Positions 59,631 through 64,000 of a stretch of DNA of 64,000 bases are shown here, in pieces; the first letter of the stretch is position 1, and every line of letters begins with the position of its first letter. The stretch comes from Myxococcota bacterium (GTDB lineage Bacteria; Myxococcota_A; UBA9160; UBA4427), in the NCBI GenBank assembly GCA_965250285.1, contig OZ252299.1:3520001-3584000 (forward strand), in the 5' to 3' direction. The position numbers were made by a program, and so were the translations under genes. The notes beneath the pieces were generated by a model. The model had not been told where the DNA came from, did not search any database, and saw only the letters and a list, made by a program, of their open reading frames with translations.

Positions 59631-59751
59631 TGCATGCGTCGGCTCCGACCCATGCCAAGCGGCGGCGATCCAACTTCGATCGCCACATTCGCGACGCGGC
59701 TGCCACAATACGCTCAAGGGCCGTGGCGAGAGCCGCTCAGGAGGCAGCCGA

Positions 59752-60538
59752 ATGGACCAGATTCGACGTCAGCGATTCGCGATGCCCGCGGGCTCGCTGA
59801 TCTCGTTGCTTGTGTTCATCTGGGTCGCGCCAGCCAGCGCGGCGCGCATCGTCTACGGCAGCCAGCAGCTCTACGTCGGCGCGACGCACTACATCGACGT
59901 GGATGGCCCGATCGCTGTCGAAAACTACGAAGAGGGCGTGAACATCCCAGCGGCCTTCGCTGAGGACGCCGACGTCACGACCTCGACCACTCATCCAGAG
60001 AATCCATCGGTCGTCGAGCATGGCATTCGCACACTGCACTCCGACGGCGCGTTCTCGGTGATGGCATCCGTCGAGAATGAGGGGCCGCAGAGCTTCGCGA
60101 TCGTGGGACACACGGTGGTCACTCAGACCTTCCAAGTCGACGAAGCGCTCGACATCCTGCTGACGGCTGAGGTCTCACACACCGGCTACCGCAGTCTGTT
60201 CTGGGCGAATGGAAGCGCTTGCCATCCTGTGCGGCGGACGATCGGGCGGCGGCGTCATCTGCGCGGGAAGTCCCAGCGTATGGGCGAGCGCGAGCCCGCC
60301 GAACACGGGCGACGCGATCACGGACAGAACGACGTGGGATGACTCGCTGAACGAAGTCATTCGCCTCGAACCGGGTGTTGACTATGTCGTGCGCGTGCAG
60401 CTCAACGCCGGGTTCGAAGGCACATCGACGGCTTCGGTCACGCTGACGATCGTGCCCGAGCCCTCGACGGGCCTGCTCGTGATGCTCGGGATGGGGCTCG
60501 CGTCGGCCCGCGCGAGAGCGATTCGTAGGCTGAACTAG
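59752..60538 (+). pseudogene. PEP-CTERM protein gene split by a +1 frameshift (or sequencing error)
   Basis: Signal peptide in the frame starting at 59752 (AGGAGG RBS); VPEPSTGLLVMLGMGLASARAR in the next frame; removing one T at ~60219-60220 restores a 261-aa ORF. Confidence 0.78.
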
Positions 60539-60705
60539 CTGACTCCCGATCGCGCCTTCTGGCGACCGCTGCATCGGCCGCAGACCTGCGACGCCGACGT
60601 ACCGGGCCCGGGATCGCCCAGCCCGACCCGCCACAGCCGGCGCTCGAGAGATCGCGTCGCCCCGACGTTCGACGCGGGCGCGCGCGACTTCGAACCTACG
60701 CCCAG

Positions 60706-61908
60706 CTACTCCGCCGCCAGCGCCAGAATCACGGCCTCCGAAGGCGGCACGCGACCTTCGACGATGCGGCGATAGGCGGCCTGCGCGGCCTCTGGGGTCT
60801 CTGAGCGCGAGACCTTGATCCATCCCCCGTCGACCGCAGCATCGACGAACGCGGTGAGCGCGGCGTCGGAGCGCGCGTCCATCTCTTCTCGGCCCCACCG
60901 GGCGAGCAGATCCTGGATGACCGAGGGGGCGAAGAACATCTCGAGCTTCGGGCGTAGATTTCGGGCCGCCCACTTCTTGATGAAGGCCGGGCCCATCATC
61001 TCGGCGATCATCTTGAGAAAGCCCGACGGCCCGAAGGCCGTGAAGACCGAGCTCTCGGCGTCGGAATGCGTGCCGCCGACCGCGAACGCCTTCACGAACT
61101 TCGCCTGGCTGCGCTTGTAGATCTGGGCGTCGCCGGCGACGTCGACCAGCAGGTGGCGCAGGTGCTCGTCGCCCGGAAGCCCCGCGTCGTAGGTCACGAC
61201 ATCGTCGTAGAGCTCGGTCGACCGGACGAAGTCGGCGTTGGTCTCGGCGGTGTAGCCGACGATCTTCTCGAGCCTTCCCTCGTCGCGCTCCTTGCGCAGC
61301 AGCAGTGCGGTGGCGAGCGACAGCTTCGATGAAGCCGAGCTCAACACGACCGAATTCGCGCCGTAGAAGTCGTTCATGCGAAGCAGCTCGGCCATGATGA
61401 AGCCGCTGCCAGCGCCCGGTGCCGAGGCCATGGCCAGGTCGGCCTTCTGGCCGCTGCCGCGAATCGGCGAATGACCGTCGGGATCGACCGTGAGAAAGCC
61501 GTTGTAGGCCGGGTTGATCTTGTCGCGATCGCCCCCGTACGCCGTGAAGCCCTCGGGTGTTCGACGGGCCTTCATCTGCACGACGTTGGTCATATGCAGG
61601 AACCCGCGAAACCGGTCTCCCGCCGAGAACTCGGGGTTGCGCGACTCGGTGACGGTCGCGACGCCCCAGGCCGGCACATTGGCGAGGTGCTTGTTCGAGT
61701 CGCCGAGGGGATAGACGGCGAAGAATTTGAGAAACGGCGCTTCGCCCATCTGCGCGTAGAAGAGGTTGTTGGCCGAGAGCCCGATCTTGTCGACACGCAG
61801 GCGGATCTCGCTCTGCTCGAGCGGCGGCAGCTCGTCGCGAAGCACGACGGTCTCTTTGATGTCGTCGCGGACGCTCGCGATCATGATGCGCGGCGCAGTG
61901 TCTGTCAT
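60706..61908 (-). CDS. DUF2855 family protein
   Basis: LRVDKIGLSANNLFYA, VPAWGVATV, LSSASSKLS, FFAP. Confidence 0.8.
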   Translation of the reverse strand: MTDTAPRIMIASVRDDIKETVVLRDELPPLEQSEIRLRVDKIGLSANNLFYAQMGEAPFLKFFAVYPLGDSNKHLANVPAWGVATVTESRNPEFSAGDRFRGFLHMTNVVQMKARRTPEGFTAYGGDRDKINPAYNGFLTVDPDGHSPIRGSGQKADLAMASAPGAGSGFIMAELLRMNDFYGANSVVLSSASSKLSLATALLLRKERDEGRLEKIVGYTAETNADFVRSTELYDDVVTYDAGLPGDEHLRHLLVDVAGDAQIYKRSQAKFVKAFAVGGTHSDAESSVFTAFGPSGFLKMIAEMMGPAFIKKWAARNLRPKLEMFFAPSVIQDLLARWGREEMDARSDAALTAFVDAAVDGGWIKVSRSETPEAAQAAYRRIVEGRVPPSEAVILALAAE

Positions 61909-61955
61909 GGGCCTTCTCTCCTCGGTCGAGCGCGCTTCGAAGTCGCCGAAACGGC

Positions 61956-62327
61956 TCACGCAGGAACGAACTCGAACTCTTCGGCGAGCCACAGAGGTGA
62001 GCGCTCGAGATCGATGAAGCGACGCTCGTCTTCGAGCAGCGCCTTTGCGGCTTCAGCGCCGCCGGGGCGCGTCATGCCCTCGGCGATCGCGGCCTCGCTC
62101 TCGAACCAGATCTCGGCCACGCCGTCGTAGGGCTCGGGCCCGCCGCGCGATGCGCGGATGCCCTGACTCAGCTCGTCGTCGCGGGTATGCACCTGCACGT
62201 AGCGCCGAATGCCGAGCACTTCGGCGTGCTCGGCGACGAGGGGCGCGTGGCGCTCGCGCCAGTAGGTCTGGAACGCTTCAAGGCTGAGATCCGATCGACG
62301 ACGCAGCACGAAGACGAGCTTGATCAC
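61956..62327 (-). CDS. EthD domain protein
   Basis: IKLVFVLRRR.DLS.EAFQTYWRERHAPL, YDGVAEIWF, LLEDERRFID; AAGGAG RBS. Confidence 0.9.
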   Translation of the reverse strand: MIKLVFVLRRRSDLSLEAFQTYWRERHAPLVAEHAEVLGIRRYVQVHTRDDELSQGIRASRGGPEPYDGVAEIWFESEAAIAEGMTRPGGAEAAKALLEDERRFIDLERSPLWLAEEFEFVPA

Positions 62328-62727
62328 GGTGCACTCCTTCTTCTTTGAGCGACGATCGCAGCGGCCGCGACGGCCCCCGAGACGATCCCCCCGGCAGGAT
62401 AGAGCCTCGCGGGATCGACGCGACGGGGCCTGTCGCAAGCGACTAGTGAGAGCGACCTCCTCAGGCTGACGCCGGCTCGCCGCCGACCGCCACGCCCTGC
62501 CCCGCTCCCATCCGAGTGACCTGCTCGCGAATTGCCGGCGCGCCCCCGGCGAGTCACCCCGGCCGCCCGACGACATCGAATCGACTAGAATCAGACACAC
62601 ACCGGGTCGATGTCGCGGGTTCACGTTTGCGCGATGGCGTCCCCCCACCGAGTCGCTCATCCGAACGACCGGTGAGCCCCCCGGCAACTCGCTCGACCCG
62701 AGCGCGCCCATGCGGAGCGAAGTGCAG

Positions 62728-64000
62728 ATGAACATGAACGCGACGGCGTACCCCGACCGGGTCATGCAGCAGCGCGACGCCAACCCCGTGATGTACGGCG
62801 AGGTCGACTTCTCGACCGTGCCCGAGCGCCTCGACGTCGAAGCTCGGGTCGATGACGCCCGCTTCGCCGAGATGCGCTCAGCGGTGCGCCGGGTGTTCGC
62901 AAAACCCGACCTGATCGAGACCGTGCGCGGCTACACGATGCTCGGCGACCGCGTGGTCGACGCCTATGCCGCGTTGATCCCCGAGTACGGGTTTCAGAAG
63001 CTCGGCGCGATGCTCGACACGGCCTGCGAGCAGGGCATCGAGGCCGTCGAAGACGCGCCGGCCGAGCTCATCGACTTCATCGCGGCCATGGAGAACACGC
63101 CGAGCTGGGTCGACCTCGAGCTCGTGAAGCAGGGGGCGCACGAAGAGCGCATCTCGATGGCCACGGCCGTGCCGCTGACGATCCGCGGCGCGTTCCTCGC
63201 GACCTTCCTCAACAAGTACGCGGCGCTCCCGATGACGATGACGGGCACGCTCTCGGATGAAGCCGCGGCGAAGCGCGTCTTCGAGACGGCCAGCTTCTTC
63301 ACCGCGACCACGCTGCCCGGGGCACTCGACCGATTCGGCAAGGGGTTTCACGCGGCTGCGAAGGTGCGCCTCATGCACTCGATGGTGCGCTTTCACCTGC
63401 TGCGATCGGGCAAGTGGGATGTCGACACCTACGGCATTCCGATCCCGCAGGTCGACCAGATGCCGGCGGGTCTGATCGGCGTGTTCCTGATGTCGGCGCG
63501 GCTGCTGCAAGAGGGCAAGACCGAGTTCACCGCCGCGCAGAAGGCCACCGTCGAGCTGTCTCGCTATCGCTGCTTCTTGCTCGGGTTGCCCGAGGATCTG
63601 CTCGGCGAGACACCGCAAGAGATCGTCGACCTGCTGATCGCCCGCCACGTCACGCTCCGCGAGGCCTACGACGACGAAACGTGCGGAGCATTGGTGCGCG
63701 GCACGCTGAAGGCCGATCTGTTCGACAGCGCGTCGGTCACCGGGCGCGTGCATACCTGGCTCGAAGACGGGCTGTCACGCCTCGTGCTGATCAAGAGCTT
63801 CCTCGGCGGCGACGCCGGTCGGGCCAATTCGATCGGCATCGACTTCGGGCTCGAGAAGAAGCTCGCCGCGACGGTGGGCATGGCCGCCGTGGTCACGCAC
63901 TCGCTGTACTACCGCGTGGGGCTCCAGGTACCGGGCCTATCGCAGCTCGTCGACGATCAGCTCAACGCCCGCCTCGCCGGCCTGCTCGAGCACTACGGCC
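62728..64000 (+). CDS. MpaB/Lcp-like (DUF2236-type) heme oxygenase, 3' truncated by window edge
   Basis: Open frame with no stop, so absent from the ORF track: GDRVVDAY, TPSWVD, KRVFETASFF, AAAKVRLMHSMVRF, YGIPIPQVDQ. Confidence 0.8.
   Translation, partial: MNMNATAYPDRVMQQRDANPVMYGEVDFSTVPERLDVEARVDDARFAEMRSAVRRVFAKPDLIETVRGYTMLGDRVVDAYAALIPEYGFQKLGAMLDTACEQGIEAVEDAPAELIDFIAAMENTPSWVDLELVKQGAHEERISMATAVPLTIRGAFLATFLNKYAALPMTMTGTLSDEAAAKRVFETASFFTATTLPGALDRFGKGFHAAAKVRLMHSMVRFHLLRSGKWDVDTYGIPIPQVDQMPAGLIGVFLMSARLLQEGKTEFTAAQKATVELSRYRCFLLGLPEDLLGETPQEIVDLLIARHVTLREAYDDETCGALVRGTLKADLFDSASVTGRVHTWLEDGLSRLVLIKSFLGGDAGRANSIGIDFGLEKKLAATVGMAAVVTHSLYYRVGLQVPGLSQLVDDQLNARLAGLLEHYG

Noticed and set aside
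1..64000. CRISPR arrays, rRNA, transposases, integrases, phage genes
   Set aside because: None recognised by eye; no regularly spaced repeat-spacer pattern was seen.

Overview
High-GC bacterial chromosomal segment, mostly small-molecule and lipid catabolic or redox genes: a Baeyer-Villiger monooxygenase, an F420-type LLM oxidoreductase, two P450s, GSTs, a carotenoid-oxygenase-like gene, TauD, an SDR and an MpaB/Lcp-like oxygenase. PEP-CTERM and OmpA-domain genes imply a diderm; Myxococcota/Binatia-like is only a guess. Highlights: (1) an AhpD-like selenoprotein (53097-54182) split in the ORF track by an in-frame TGA within a CFY-U-xxxH motif, followed by a SECIS-like hairpin, in a cluster with a DUF1330-haloalkane dehalogenase fusion and a TetR. 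(2) tRNA-Arg(TCG) at 28077-28153, whose 3' 45 nt are repeated at 34034-34078; the repeats bracket an integrase-less ~5.9 kb island for de novo glycine betaine synthesis and uptake (EctR-like MarR, GSMT, SDMT, BCCT, MFS). (3) A second foreign-looking block (amine oxidase/TetR/deacetylase) ending at a two-gene deletion scar. (4) A translationally coupled nucleoside hydrolase-ribokinase-P450 operon. (5) A coupled DUF4407 + OmpA-domain membrane pair. (6) A wHTH-STAND regulator and PEP-CTERM genes with phased direct repeats. All family calls come from recognising motifs by eye; no database searches were run, and several start codons were re-picked from RBS and overlap evidence.
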